64,000 nucleotides of DNA from Mobula hypostoma (Eukaryota). Both the position numbers and the translations under genes were made by a program. The notes beneath the pieces were generated by a model. It was given only the letters and a program-made list of their open reading frames with translations, did not search any database and was not told where the DNA came from. The stretch is from assembly GCF_963921235.1 (NCBI RefSeq), contig NC_086100.1, positions 203,734,001-203,798,000 on the forward strand, read 5' to 3'. Below are positions 1-15,693 of this stretch, in pieces; positions within the stretch are counted from its first letter, which is position 1, and each line of letters begins with the position of its first letter.

Positions 1-1060
1 CCAAAAGAAAACAACAAAGAAGACAGCACTCGGTACAACAGACTGGTAAAAGATCTGTACCAACCTTCCTCCTTAGAAAATAGAGTCTGCTCATCCCCTT
101 CTTGTAAACAGCCTTGGTGGTGCTTTTCCAGTCATGTCTATTGTCAAGCTAAACCCCCAAGTATTTGTACTCCTCCACCACAGTAACCTCTTCTCCCAGA
201 ATGTATACAGAACTCATCACAGTCTTCTTCCTCCTAAAATCAATCACCCTTTCCCTGGTTTTGTACATATTCAGGAGCAGGTGATTCCTCCCTCACTATT
301 TCACAATCCTGTCCACTAGTCCTCTGTGCTCCGACTCCTGCCCATCTCTGATGCACCCAGCTACCGCAGAGTCATCAGAGAACTTCTGCAAGTGACAAGA
401 CTCAGAGTTACATTGAAAGTCTGAGGTGTTCAGTGTGAACAGAAACGGAGACAGGACAGTCCCTTGTGGGGCTCCAGTGTCACCCACCTCCACCTCAGAC
501 AGAGAACCACCCAGCGGTACAAACTGGGGTCTATCTGCCAGGAAGGCAGTGATCCTGAAGTTAGTGAATTTGTCTACGCCCATTCTTTGCAGTTTCTTGC
601 CCATGAAGACGTGGCTGGATTCTATTGAAGGCACTAGCGAAATAAAAGAAAACTGCTTCTCACAAATCCACGAGTATCATCCCGGTGGGAGTGAGCTCGC
701 TGCAACAGGTAGGTAATGATATCATCTACACCCTCATGACGTTGGTAGGCACACTGTAAAGGGTCCAAGGTAAGTCAGGACCAGCCGCTCCATCACTTTC
801 ATCACATGAGATGTGAGGGCAATTGGTCTGTCGTCACTAAGTTCAGATTGAGTCGTCGTATTGCGTAAAGGAACCAAGCAGGAAGTCTACCACAGCACCA
901 GTATCTATTCCTGACTCAGTCTGAGATTGTAAAAGTGCTGCGGAATACCAGAGAGCAGATTCACACAGGCCTTCGGTGCTGGGGCTGATACAGACTGGGT
1001 CAGTAGATGTAGTCTCTCTGGCTGTCTCCTACCCTGACCTACAGTCACTGCCAGACGGAA
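1..1060 (-). mobile_element. Rex1/Babar-type non-LTR retrotransposon RT fragment (decayed)
   Basis: ORF 296..634 has RT motifs GAPQGTVLSPFLFTL and LQKFSDDSAV; closely similar copy at ~25.6-26.6 kb. Confidence 0.8.
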
Positions 1061-1087
1061 TACTTCAAGTCTACCGTGTGTGTGGAT

Positions 1088-1170
1088 GTCGTGCCTGGAT
1101 GCTTGAATTGTGCCCAGTGAGAAGATGAGGTATTCCTCCTCTGAACAGTGTTGAGTCTTGCTCTTACACT
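1088..1170 (-). mobile_element. Penelope-like GIY-YIG C-terminal fragment
   Basis: Minus strand reads EEYLIFSLGTIQAS, like EEQHLIFRLGSLQP at 37.5 kb. Confidence 0.55.
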
Positions 1171-1339
1171 TTGCTACCAGAGGTTGCCATGAAAACTAGA
1201 ACTATTTCAGTTGTCTTTTATTCATTGAAAATCTTTGCAGAATTTTCACAGCGCGGAAAAGGCAAAGGGTTTGTGTGTGGAACTGTCAAACAGAACAGCA
1301 TGTCAGTTCTGCTGTGTCTGTCACTTCACCAGCGCTTGA

Positions 1340-1860
1340 ATGCCTCCAGTCCTTGAAAGTGGAGGAGGAGATGCTGGAGAAGACAGCACACCAGTTCTGG
1401 CAAGGAGAACACGAATATGTGTACACGTCCGTGATCTGACCTGATGAACAGCCAGTCAGTTGGTAGCGGCGGGATGTCATTTGCGGTCCCTCATTTTGGA
1501 AGGGATTCACAAGACCATTGTGCCTGCAGATACACCAGGACGTTCACACTGGGGAGAGGCCGTTCATCTGCTCCGGGTGTGGTAAAGCAGCCCGTTCACC
1601 AGTTCCAAATGTGGGAAGGGTTCAATCTGTTACCCAAGCTCCTGAAAGGCCAGCCATTTCACGCGGGGGGGAGCAGCTGTACCCCTGTTCGGAGCGTGGG
1701 AAGAGATTCATTCAGTTAACCCGCCTTGAGAGGTTCCAGCGAGTTCACAACAAATAGAGGCCACATTTCTGTCCTGAATGAGCACAGAGATTTACTCAGT
1801 CATCCCGCCTGTTGAAACTCCAGGAACTTCACACCAGGGAGGAAATTTATGTCAGTTCCA
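1340..1860 (+). pseudogene. Decayed C2H2 zinc-finger array
   Basis: [18 protein letters not shown] and other broken fingers with frameshifts and stops. Confidence 0.75.
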
Positions 1861-2009
1861 TGTTAAATGTTTAAACATGTTGGTGACTAAATCCAGTTGC
1901 TAGTTGATGAAGGAGTGTCAACGTCAGATTCTGCAGATATTGCAGCAGCTCATCACACCCAGGACTGAACCCTGGTCACTCAACATTGCAGAGGTTTGTT
2001 ACACCAGAA

Positions 2010-2970
2010 ATCCATCAGATGTAGGAGCACAATCAGGCCATTCGGCCCATTGACTCTGCTCTGGCATTTCAGCAGGCTCAATCCCGGTTCATTGCTCAAA
2101 ACCCAATCCGGAATAGCTGATCCAAAGTGGGTTCAACCACCAGCATCTCTAAATGTACATCTCGTAGGCAGTCCACAAATTCCCCTCTTGGTGACAACAC
2201 CAATCCGATTTTCCCAATTGCTATTTCCCATAACTAAGGCTGGCATGTTTTGGCATCCATTTTCTACCTCTCGTTGTAATTTGTAGACCACATCATTACT
2301 ACTGTTGTGAGTCTGTATATGACCTTCCTCAAGGTCTTATTACACTTAAAGTTTCTTTGCACTACCCACAGATTCTACAACTTCTGATTCTGTCACCTCT
2401 TTTTTCAATGATTTGATTTCATTTTTACCAGCAGAGCCACCCACCTTTGCTTACCTATCTGTCCTTTTGATACAACGTGTCTCCTTGGATGTTAAGCTCC
2501 CGGTTATAATCCTCTGCAGCCACGATTCAGTGACACACACAATTCACACCGTGCTACAAGATCACCTCTATTATTGTGCCTGCTTCGCACATTCAAATAT
2601 CACACCTTCAGTCCTGCATTCATTACCTTTATCGATGTTGTCCAACTTTAACGTTGCAACTCATCCTGTAGACGGCAATGTTGCCCTGGCATCAGCCTCT
2701 CCTTCCTGGTACTCTCACTATACACTACCTCTGTTTGCCAAACAACTACCTCATTCTCAGCCGGTTCCCAACCCCCTGCCAAATGTTTTTAAACATTAGC
2801 TCTAACAAACCTTCCCACAAGCATACTGGACCCCGCCAGGTTCAGGTGCAAACCGTCCCTTTAGTACAGATCGTTCCTTCCCCAGAAGAGATCTCAATGA
2901 TTCATAAATCTGATCCAATGCCCCTGCACCAGTTCTTCTCACATATTCATCTGCCAAATCATCCTATTCT
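2010..2970 (-). mobile_element. Old CR1 LINE fragments (3' tail, endonuclease, ORF1 end)
   Basis: CR1 tail-like aggccattcggccc at ~2035; 2830-2960 resembles the ORF1 end at 61.6-61.75 kb. Confidence 0.6.
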
Positions 2971-4089
2971 GACAGAGTCACTGGTGAAGTGTTGCCTCTT
3001 CTGCAAGGGCTGTTTGTGATTCAGAATGGAGCTGAGGGAGGAAGTAAATGGGAGATGTAGAACTGCCCTCGCTTGCAAAGATATGTTCCTGGAGGGAGAT
3101 TAGTCTGTGTGTGTTGGGGCGGGGGGGGGGGGAGAAATGGGTTGAAGGTAAAGATAGGAAGGTAGGAAGCGGTTTAGTCAAGATAACCATGGAAATCGGC
3201 AAGTCTATAAAAAAATGTCAGCTGGTGTGAATATGATTTGTGAACCCTGCCACATGCCACGGTTGGTGTCTCTCTCGGTTCAGCTGTCACCTGAAAGCAT
3301 CAGGGTGACGGTGGAGGGTTTACAGGGATGCCGAGTGGTGCAGGGGTCAGGCGCATTTACAAAATGGTGAAGGGTGTTGGGTTAGAAGTGTTTTCACAGA
3401 TGGTGAGGGCCACAAGGCTCGGAGGTGTTAACAGAAACGCAAAGTTGTGTAAGGGATGGATGGGTCTTCACAGAGGGCTAGGGGTATAGGAATACCTCTC
3501 CACTTGTGGAAATGTACTTCACTTGTCATATAAAATGGCGTTTATGTCTGCAACAAGCTGGAACCTGTATTGTATCAGAGTGCTTTGCCAATAATGTTCA
3601 TGCAACATGATGCTGATGTTACCTGTGCACTTGACTGCAGACCCGCGGCTGTGTTACTGGACGAGTGCCAGATACACTGGTTCAGCAGACAAACAGAATG
3701 CACCCTGTCCTTGGACTGTGTCTGAAGGAGTGAATGTACTGGCTTGTGGGTTTTTTTGGACAATAAAAGCTATTAACAGTCTTAGTTCAGTGCCAGTCTT
3801 CCCATGCTGCAATTTAAAAAAAAAATGCTCTTATGATTGGTACAGTCTGAGTTAACTGTTATTGGTTATAAGACGTAGTGAAAAGGTGCTTAGCACCACC
3901 TCCTACCTGGACACTTACTCTTACCTGTACCCTCACCTTACTCCCCACCGCATCGCCATCTCACCACTATATCACACGTTTGGAGCTGCAGCTGGATGCA
4001 CTTCTCACAGGTGTAGTTATCAGGGACACAGGACGGGCCCCTGCCTGCCCACATCCCGCAAGAGGAGCTTTCCACTACCCTGCCTCACA

Positions 4090-6217
<2,128 letters not shown>

Positions 6218-6289
6218 CTGTAAAAATATTTGAAAGGACATCAATGGGTGAAGAACAATTTTTCAGGTGAGATTTTAGTCTGTGGTGAG

Positions 6290-8590
6290 AACATAAGAAA
6301 TAGGAGCACAAGAACGTCATCTGGCCCGTCTCCACCAACCTGCCTTTTCCCCATCGCCCTTAATTTCCCTACTTTGCAAAAATCTACCCAACCTTGTCTC
6401 AAATACATTCACTGAGGTAGCCTCCACTGCTTCATTGGGCAGAGAAATCCACAGATTCACCAGCCTCAGGGAAAAGCAGTTCCTCCTCATCTCCATCCCA
6501 AATGCCCTCAACCTTAAGGTGATGTCCTCTAGTTCTTGTCTCACCTACCAGTGAAAACAACTTTCCTGCCTCTATCTTATCTATCCCTTTCATAATTTTA
6601 CCATATTTGTATAAGATCTTCTTTCAATGTGAGCTCTGGCATCATAATATTATACAGTTCAAGTCAAGTTGAGATATACAGCAGGCTACTGTGGGAAGCG
6701 AGGGAGGAGATTGCTGAGCATCTGGCAATGATCTTTGTATCATCAATAGGGACGGAAGAAGTACCCGGGGATTGTACAAGAAAGGGAGTAGAGGCGACCC
6801 AGGAAATTATAGACCAGTAAGTCTTGCATCAGTGGTGGGCAATTTGTTAGAGAAGATCCGAAGAGGGAGGACTTATAAGCATCAGATTAGAGCAAGTCAG
6901 CATGGCTTTGTCAGGGGCAGGTGATGCCTTATGAACCTGATTGAATTCTTTGAGGATGTAACAAAACACACTGATGAAGGGAGAACATTGGATGTAGTGT
7001 ACATGGTTTTCAGTCAGACTTTTGATAAGGTTCCCCATACGAGGCTCATTGAGAAAGTAATGAGGCAAGGATCCAAGGAGGCCTGTTTAGTGGATCCAGG
7101 ACTGTCTTGCCCACAGAAGGGAAAGGGCGGTTGTCGATGGTTTGTATTCTGCATGGAGGATGGTGACCAGGGATATTCTGCAGCAATCTGTTCTGGGAGC
7201 CCTCCTCGTGTTTTTTTTAAAAGTGACCTTGATGAGGAAATAGCAGGGTGGGTTTGTAAGTTTGTCGATGACACAAATGCAGGGGGTGTTGTGGATAGTC
7301 TGAATTGTTGTCAGAGTGGAGCGTGACATCGATAGGATGCAGAACTGGGCTGAGAGGTGACAGATGGAGTTCAACCCAGTGGTGCATTTCGGTAGGTCAA
7401 ATTTGAGACAGAACACAATATTAATGTTTGGACTCTTGGCCGTTTGGAAAATCAGCGAGATGTTTGCGGTTGTGTGCTGGGGCAGCAGGCTGAGGGTAGC
7501 AGACACCAACAGAATCAACAAACTCAATCGTAAGGCCAGTGATGTTGTGGGGATGGAACTGGACTCTCTCACGGTGGTGTCTGAAAAGAGGATGCTGTCC
7601 AAGTTGCATGCCATCTTGGTCAATGTCTCCCATCCACTACATAAGGAGTACATTCAGCCAGAGACTCATTCCACCGAGATGCAACACTGAGCGTTATAGG
7701 AAGTCATTCCTGCCTGTGGCCATCAAACTTTACAACTCCTCCCTTGGAGGGTCAGACACCCTGAGCCAATAGGCTGGTCCTGGACTTATTTCCTGGCATA
7801 ATTTACATATTACTATTTAACTATTTATGATTTTATTACTATTTATTATTTATGGTGCAACCGTACCGAAAACCAATTTCCCCCAGGATCAATAAAGTAT
7901 GACTATGACTGTGACTATCATGGGGTCTGTGTCAATAGCACATGCAGAGCTGCTGCGCAGGTTGACAATGTTGATAAGAAGGCCTTCATCAACCATGGGA
8001 CTGAGTTCAAAAGCCATGAGGTACTGTTACAGATATATAAGGCCTTCGTTAGACCCCACTTTTAGTACTGTGTTCCATTCTGATCACCTCACTACAGGAA
8101 GTATGTGGATACTCTAGAAAGGGTGCAGAGGAGATTTACAAGGATGTTGCTTGGATTGGAGACCATGCGGTACAAGAATAGGTGAGTAAACTTTGGAGCG
8201 ATGGCAGATGAGAGGCAACCTGAGAGACTTGTATAAGATGATGAGAGGCATTGATATTGTGGCTAGTCAGGGGCTTTTTCCCAGGGCTGAACTGGCTGAT
8301 TTGAGGGGGCATAGTTATAAGATGCTTGGAAGTAGGTACACAGGGCATATCAGAGGTAGGTTTTCCACACAGAGAGTGGCAGGTGCTTGGCACTGCCAGC
8401 GACGGTGGTAGGGGTGGATACAATAAGGGTCTTTTCAGACACTGTTAGATAGGTACATGGAGCTGTGAAAAACAGAGGGCTATGTGGTAGTGAAACTCTA
8501 AGCAGATTCTAGAGTGGGTTATATGGTTGGCACGACGTTGTGGGCCGAAGGGCCTGTAATGTATTGCAGACTTCTGTCTCTATGTTTATA
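6290..8590. mobile_element. Intronic CR1 relics (minus-strand 3' piece, then plus-strand RT to tail), duplicated with the ZNF gene
   Basis: NLIEFFEDVT...FDKVPH...KFVDDT; same composite recurs at 18160-24000. Confidence 0.8.
7458..7918 (+). mobile_element. Rex-type LINE 3' fragment nested in CR1
   Basis: FAVVCWGS...RKSFLPVAIKLYN; AATAAA then (TATGAC)n tail; same family as 28441-28946. Confidence 0.8.
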
Positions 8591-8595
8591 TATGA

Positions 8596-9420
8596 ATTCA
8601 TTGCCAGTCGGAACAGATGAATGGCTTCCACTCAGTGTGAACTCGGTGATGTTTATCCAGTTGAGATGACTGAGTGAATTCACTGAATAAGGGGAGAAGA
8701 TGGCGACGCGACGCAGCGCGCGCGGCCTCTCCGGCGAGTGATATCTGTAATCTGTCAAGTAAGGGACCGTGCACAATTATGATTTGATGGAGACAGACCT
8801 GAGAGTACGGAGGAACATCTGGAAAACTTCTGAAATGCCCACTTCGCTGCCGCTGCTACTGTGTGGTAACCGGAATCTCCGGAGCTGAAGGCTGCGAAAT
8901 CCTCAGCTTTGCGTGTTTCAGCGACCGGGGAGAGGTTGAAGGCGCTCGGCAGAGGATGGTGCTTGGGAGGCTGTATCGGAGGGCTGGTCGGAAGCTCGAA
9001 GTTTTCGGATGGACGGACTCGGTGTCGGCTGCTTCCAAGGCATCGGCAGGTGACGGTGCCTGGGTTTATGGCAGGGAGTTTCTCCCTTTTGCTGCCTGCT
9101 ATCGGAGACTCGGGAGTCGATTGGGACTTGAGACTTTTTTTTTACCGTGCCCATGGTCTGTTCTTTATCAAATTATGGTATTGTTTGCACTGCTGTAACT
9201 ATATCTTATAATTATGTGTTTCTGTCAGTGTTAGTCTTTGCTTTGTCCTGTTTTCTGTGATATCACTCTGGAGGAACATTGTATCATTTCTTAATGCATG
9301 TATGCATTTCTAAATGACAATAAAAGAGGACTGAGTGTTCTCATGATCGAATCTAAATCCTTCCCGCAGTCTAAGCAGTTGTAGTTTCTCCCCAGTGTTT
9401 ACTCACTGAAGTTCATTCAA
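8596..9420 (-). pseudogene. Distal decayed fingers of ZNF copy B, split by an insertion
   Basis: Finger-pattern DNA at 8596-8681 and 9357-9420; the finger broken at 9420 resumes at ~15694. Confidence 0.65.
8682..9356 (+). mobile_element. Putative non-autonomous non-LTR element
   Basis: Interrupts a finger; CpG-rich head with AAGATGGCG; AATAAA and AATCT-like tail; no recognisable ORF. Confidence 0.55.
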
Positions 9421-10434
9421 TACTGGACTGAAAGTGATATATTTGAATGCACGCAGCATAAGAAATAAAATAGATGATCTTGAAATTCAGCTACAGACGG
9501 GCAAGTGTGACGTTCTGGATATCTCTGAAACTTGGTGACAGGACGGCTGCCAGTGGGAGCTGAATGTCCAAGGATATACGGTATATCAAAAAGATAGGTT
9601 GGCAGGCAGAGGGGGTGGTCTGTTTCTGTGTGAAAGAATAATATGAAATCATTAGAAAACGATGACATAGGATCGGAAAGTGTAGGGTCTCTATGGTTGG
9701 AGGTAATAAATGGCAGTTGTATACAGTCCTCCAAACAGCAGCCGGGATGTGGATTACAAATCACAGCAGGAGATAGAAGAGGAGTGTCGAAAGGACAATG
9801 TCATGATAATCGTTGGGGATTTTAACATGAAAGTGGATTGGGAAAACCAGGTCAGTACTGGACGTCAAGAGAGTGCGTTTGTAAAATGTCTAAGGGACGG
9901 CTTTTTAGAACAGCTTGTTGTTGAGCCCACTAGGGGATCAGCTGTACTGGATTGGGTGTTGTGCAATGATCCGCAGGTGATAAGAGAGCTTAAGGTTAAG
10001 GAATCCTTGGGGAACAGTGATCACAATATGCTTGAGTTCACTTTGAAATTTCTGAAGGAGAAACTAAATTCCAACGTTGGTAGTTCAGTGGAATAAAAGA
10101 AATTACAATGGCACGAGAGGGGAACTGGCCAAAGTTGACTGTAAAGGGACACTAGCAGGATGGACAGCAGAGTAGCAATGGCTGGAGTTTCTGCGAAAAA
10201 TGTGGGAAGTGCAAGACAGATATATTCTAAACAAGAAGGTATTTTCAAATGGAAGACGGACACTACCATGGCTGACAAGTGAAGTCAGAGCCAAAGTAAA
10301 AGCAAAAGAGAGGGCAACAAGGAAGCCAAAGCTTGTGGGAAGATAGAGGATTGGGAAGCTTTCAAAAACTTGCAGAAGGAAACTAAGAAGGTCATTGGGA
10401 AGATAAATATGAATTATGAAAGGAAGCTGGTGAC

Positions 10435-13400
10435 AACCTAAAACGTAGAATAGTACAGCACATTACAGGCCCTTCGGCCCACAATGTTGTGCCGACCCTC
10501 AAACCCTGCCTCCCATTTAAACCCCCACCTTAGATTCCTCCATATACCTGTCTAGTAGTCTCTTAAACTTCACGAGTGTATCTGCCTCCACCACTGACTC
10601 AGGCAGTGCATTCCACGCACCAACCACTCTCTGAGTAAAAAACCTTCCTCTAAAGTCCCCCTTGAACTTCCCACCCCTTACCTTAAAGCCATGTCCTTTG
10701 TATTGAGCAGTGGTGCCCTGGGGAAGAGGCGCTGGCTATCCACTCTATCTATTCCTCTTATTATCTTGTACACCTCTATCATGTCTCCTCTCATCCTCCT
10801 TCTCTCCAAAGAGTAAAGCCCTAGCTCCCTTAATCTCTGATCATAATGCATACTCTCTAAACCAGGCAGCATCCTGGTAAATCTCCTCTGTACCCTTTCC
10901 AATGCTTCCACATCCTTCCTATAGTGAGGTGACCAGAACTGAACACAGTACTCCAAGTGTGGCCTAACCACAGTTTTATAGAGCTGCATCATTACATCGC
11001 GACTCTTAAACTCTATCCCTCAACTTATGAAAGCTAACACCCCATAAGCTTTCATAACTACCCTATATACCTGTAAGGCAACTTTCAGGGATCTGTGGAC
11101 ATGTACCCTCAGATCCCTCTGCTCCTCCGCACTACCAAGTATCTTGCCATTTACTTTGTACTCTGCCTTGGAGTTTGTCCTTCCAAAGTGTACCACCTCA
11201 CACTTCTCCGGGTTGAACTCCATCTACCACTTCTCAGCCCACTTCTGCATCCTATCAATGTCTCTCTGCAATCTTTGACAATCCTCTACACTATCTACAA
11301 CACCACCAACCTTTGTGTCGTCTGCAAACATGCCAACCCACCCTTCTACCCCCATATTACGAGGATGATTCCCGGAATGCAGGGGCTAACATATGAGGAG
11401 CGTCTGTCGGCTCTTGGATTGTATTCATTAGAGTATAGAAGAATGAGAGGGGATCACATAGAAACGTTTCGAATGTTGAAAGGGTTGGACAGAGTAGATG
11501 TGGAAAGGTTGTTTCCCTTGGTGGGTGAGTCCAAGACAAGAGGCCATAGTCTTAGAATTAGAGGGTACCCAGTTAAAACAGAGATGAGGAGAAATTTTTT
11601 AAGTCAGAGGGTCGTGGATTTGTGGAATTCGTTGCTACATATGGGTGTGGAGGCCTGATCATTGAGGGTGTTTAAGGAGGAGATTGACAGGTATCTAATT
11701 AGTCAGGGTATCAAGGGATATGGGGAAAAAGCCGGAAATTGGAACTAGATGGGTGAATAGTTTAGCTCATGGGAGAGCTGCGGAGCAGACTCGATGGGCC
11801 GAATGGCCTGCTTCTGCTCCTTTGTCTTGTGATTTTGTGATATCCAGGTCGTTAATAAAAAATCACGAAAAGTAGAGGTCCCCGAACAGATCCTTGTGGG
11901 ACACCACTAGTCACAATCCTCCAGTCTGAATGTACTCCCTCCAACACGACCCTCTGTCTTCTGCAGGCAAGCCAATTCTGAACCCATCTGGCCAAACTTC
12001 CCTCGATCCCATGCTTTCTGACTTTCTGAATAAGCCTACCATGTGTAACCTTGTCAAATGCCTTACTAAAATCTATATAGATCACATCCACTGCACTATC
12101 CTCACCTATATGCCTGGTCACCTCCTCAAAGAACTCTATCAGGCTTGTTAGACACGATCTGCCCTTCACAAAGTCATGCTGACTGTCCCTGATCAGACCA
12201 TGATTCTCTAAATGCCCCTGGATCCTATCTCTAAGAATCTTTTCTAACAGTTTCCCACCACAGACGTAAGGCTCACTGGTCTATAATTACCCGGACTATC
12301 CCTACTACCTTTTTTGAACAAGGGGACAACATTCGCCTCACTCCAATCTTCCGGTACCATTCCCGTGGACAACGAGGACATAAAGATCCTAGCCAAAATC
12401 TCAGCAATCTCTTCCCTCGTCTCATGGAGCAGCCTGGGGAATATTCCGTCAGGCCCCGGGGACTTATCTGTCCTAATGTATTTTAACAACTCCAACACCT
12501 CCTCTCCCTGAATATCAACATGCTCCAGAACATCAACCTCACTCATATTGTCCTCATCATCAAGTTCCCCCTCATAGGTGAATACCGAAGAGAAGTATTC
12601 ATTGAGGACCTCGCTCACTTCCACAGCCTCCAGGCACATCTTCCCACCTTTATCTCTAATCGGTCCTCCCTTCACTTCTGTCATCCTTTTTTTCTTCACA
12701 TAATTGAAGAATGCCTTGGGGTTTTCCTTTACCCTACTCGCCAAGGCCTTCTCATGCCCCCTTCTTGCTCTTCTCAGCCCCTTCTTAAGCTCCTTTCTTG
12801 CTTCCCTACATTCCTCAAAAGACCCACCTGATCCTTGCTTCCTAAACCTCATGTATGCTGCCTTCTTCCACCTGACTAGATTTTCCACCTCAATTGTCAC
12901 CCATGGTTCCTTCACTCTACCATTCTTTATCTTCCTCACCAGGACAACTTTTTCCCTAACATCCTGCAAGAGATCTCGAAACATCGACCACATGTCCATG
13001 GTACATTTCCCTGCAAAAACATCATCGCAATTCACACCCGCAAGTTCTAGCCTTATAGCCTCATAATTTGCCTTTCCCCAATTAAAAATTTTCCTGTCCT
13101 CTCTGATTCTATCCGTTTCCACGATAATGCTAAAGGCCAGGGAGCAGTGGTCACTGTCCCCCAGATGCTCACCCACTGAGAGATCTGTGACCTGACCCAG
13201 TTCACTACCTAGTACTAGATCTAGTATGGCATTCCCCCTGGTCGGCCTGTCCACATACTGTGACAGGAATCCATCCTGGACACACTTAACAAATTCTGCC
13301 CCATCTAAGCCCTTGGAACTAATCAGGTGCCAATCAATATTAGGGAAGTTAAAGTCACCCATGATAACAACCCTGTTATTTTTGCACCTTTCCAAAATCT

Positions 13401-13843
13401 GCCACCCAATCTGCTCCTCTGTATCTCTGCTGCTACCAGAGGGCTAATAGAATACCCCCAGCAGAGTAACTGCTCCCTTCCTGTTCCTGACTTCCACCCA
13501 TACTGACTCAAAAGAGGATCCTGCTACATTACCCACTCTTTCTGTAGCTGTAATAGTATCCCTGACCAGTAATGCCACCCCTCCTCCCCATTTCCCCCCT
13601 CTCTATCCCTTTTAAAGCACTGAAATCCAGGAATATTGAGAATCCATTCCTGCCCTGGTGCCAGCCAAGTCTCTGTAATGGCCACTACATCATAATTCCA
13701 TGTATGTATCCAAGCTCTCAGTTCATCACCTTTGTCCTGTTGCTTCTTGCATTGAGGTACACACATTTCAGCCCTTCTACCTTACTGTCTTTACACCGTT
13801 TATTCTGCTTCTCTTTCCTCAAAGCCTCTCTATATGTTAGATC
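10435..13843 (-). mobile_element. CR1 LINE (ORF2, 5'-truncated) nested in CR1
   Basis: ORFs 12244..13395, 11852..12169, 10678..10992; same family as 58.6-62.7 kb; host CR1 rejoins across it. Confidence 0.92.
11356..11840 (+). mobile_element. CR1 3' fragment, third nesting level
   Basis: RMIPGMQGLTYEERL...; tail ending TTGTGA; host ccccacat|ccaggtcg rejoins. Confidence 0.88.
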
Positions 13844-15693
13844 TAATATCAAAGAAGATACTAAAAGTATTTTTAAGTATTTAAAGGTTAAAAGAGAGTT
13901 GAGGGTAGATATAGGATCAATAGAAATCAATCATGGAGATAGTGTAATAAGAGACAGAGTTGGCAGAGGAAAGGAATGTGTATTTTGCATCAGTCTTCAC
14001 AGTGGAAAACAACTGCAGTATATCAGACAATCAAGAGTGTCAGGGAAGTGAAGTATGTGCAGTGAAAATTACGACTCAGAAGGTACTTAGGAAGCTTACT
14101 GGTCTGAGTGCAGATAAATTTCCTGGACTTGATGGAATGCACCCTCGGGTTCTGAAGGAAATAGCTGGAGAGACTGTGGAGGCATTAACAACAATCCTTC
14201 AAGAATCAATAGATTCTGGCATTGTACTGGATGACTGGAAAATTGCAAATGTTACTCCGCTATTTAAGAAGGGTGGGAGACAAAAGAAAGGAAACTGTGG
14301 ACCTGTTAGCCTGACATCAGTGGTTGGGAATTGGTTGAAATTGATAGTCAGGGATGAGATTATGGCATACTGGGAGGCACATGACAAGATAGGCCACAGC
14401 CTGCGTGGTTTCCAAACAGAAAAATCCTGTCTGACAAACCTACTGCAATTTTTGAGGAAATTACAAGCAGGGTAGACAAAGGAGATGCAGTGGATGTGGT
14501 GTACTTGGATTTTCAGAAGGCCTTTGACAAGGTGCCACACATGAGGCTGCTTAGCAAGCTAAGAGCCCATGGAATTACAGGGAAGTTACTAGCATGGGTG
14601 GAGCATTGGCTGATTGGCAGAAAACAGAAAGTGGGAATAAAGGGATCCTATTCTGTCTGGCTGCCGGTTTCCAGTGGAGTTCCAGTGGTCGGTGTTGGGA
14701 CCGCTGCTTTTTACGATGTATATCAATGATTTCGACTATGTGATTAACAGATTTGTGGCTAAATCTGCTGATGATACAAAGATAAGCGGAGGAGCGGGTA
14801 GTGCTGAGGAAACAGAGAGCCTGCAGAGAGACTTAGATAGTTTAGGGGAATGAGCAAAGAAGTAGCCAATGAAATACAATGTTGGAAAGTGTATGGTCAT
14901 GCACTTTGGTGGAAGAAATAAACTGGCAGACTATTATTTAAATTGGGAGAGAATTCAAAATGCAGAGCTACGAAGGAAATTGGGAGTCCTTGTGCACGAT
15001 ACCCTAAAGGTTAACCTCCAGGATGAGTCGGTGGTGAAGAAGGCGAATGCAATGTTGGCATTCACTTCTTGAGGTACAGAATATAAGAGCAGGGATGTGA
15101 TGTTGAGGCTCTATAAGGGACTCATGAGACCACACTTGGAGTATTGTGTGCAGTTTTGGGCTCCTTATTTTAGAAAGGATGGACTAACATTGGACAGTGC
15201 TTAGAGAAGATTCACCGGAATGATTCCTGGAATGAAAGGGTTACCGTACGACAAACGTCTGGCTGTATTCCCTGTATTTCAGGAGAATGGTGGGGGGTGG
15301 GGGGAGATGGTGATCTCATTGAAACATTCTTAAAAGCTCTGAACAGATTAGATATGGGAAAGTTATTTCCCATGGTAGGGGAGTCTAGGATAAGAGGGCA
15401 TGATTTCAGGATTGAAGGACATCCATGTAGAACAGTGATGAGGAGAAATTACTTTAGTCAGAGGGTGGTAAATCTATGGAATTTGTTGCCACAAGCAACT
15501 TTGGAGGCCAGGTCATTGGGTGCATTTAAGACAGAGAGAGATGGGTTCTTGATTAGCCAGGATATCAAAGGATATGGTGAGAAAGCAGGGGAGTGGGGAT
15601 GACTGGAAGAATTGGATGGATCAGCCCATGATCGAATGGCGGAGCAGACTTGAAAGGCCAAATGGCCTACTCCTACTCCTATATCTTAGTCTT

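Larger units (their letters stand above)
9421..15693 (+). mobile_element. CR1 LINE (endonuclease-RT, decayed) inserted in the ZNF exon, itself interrupted
   Basis: YLNARSI, VGDFN, SDHN, LDFQKAFDKVPH; CR1 3' tail at ~15660-15693. Confidence 0.9.

Noticed and set aside
8856..9211. Several short ORFs
   Set aside because: No recognisable motifs; inside an inserted repeat
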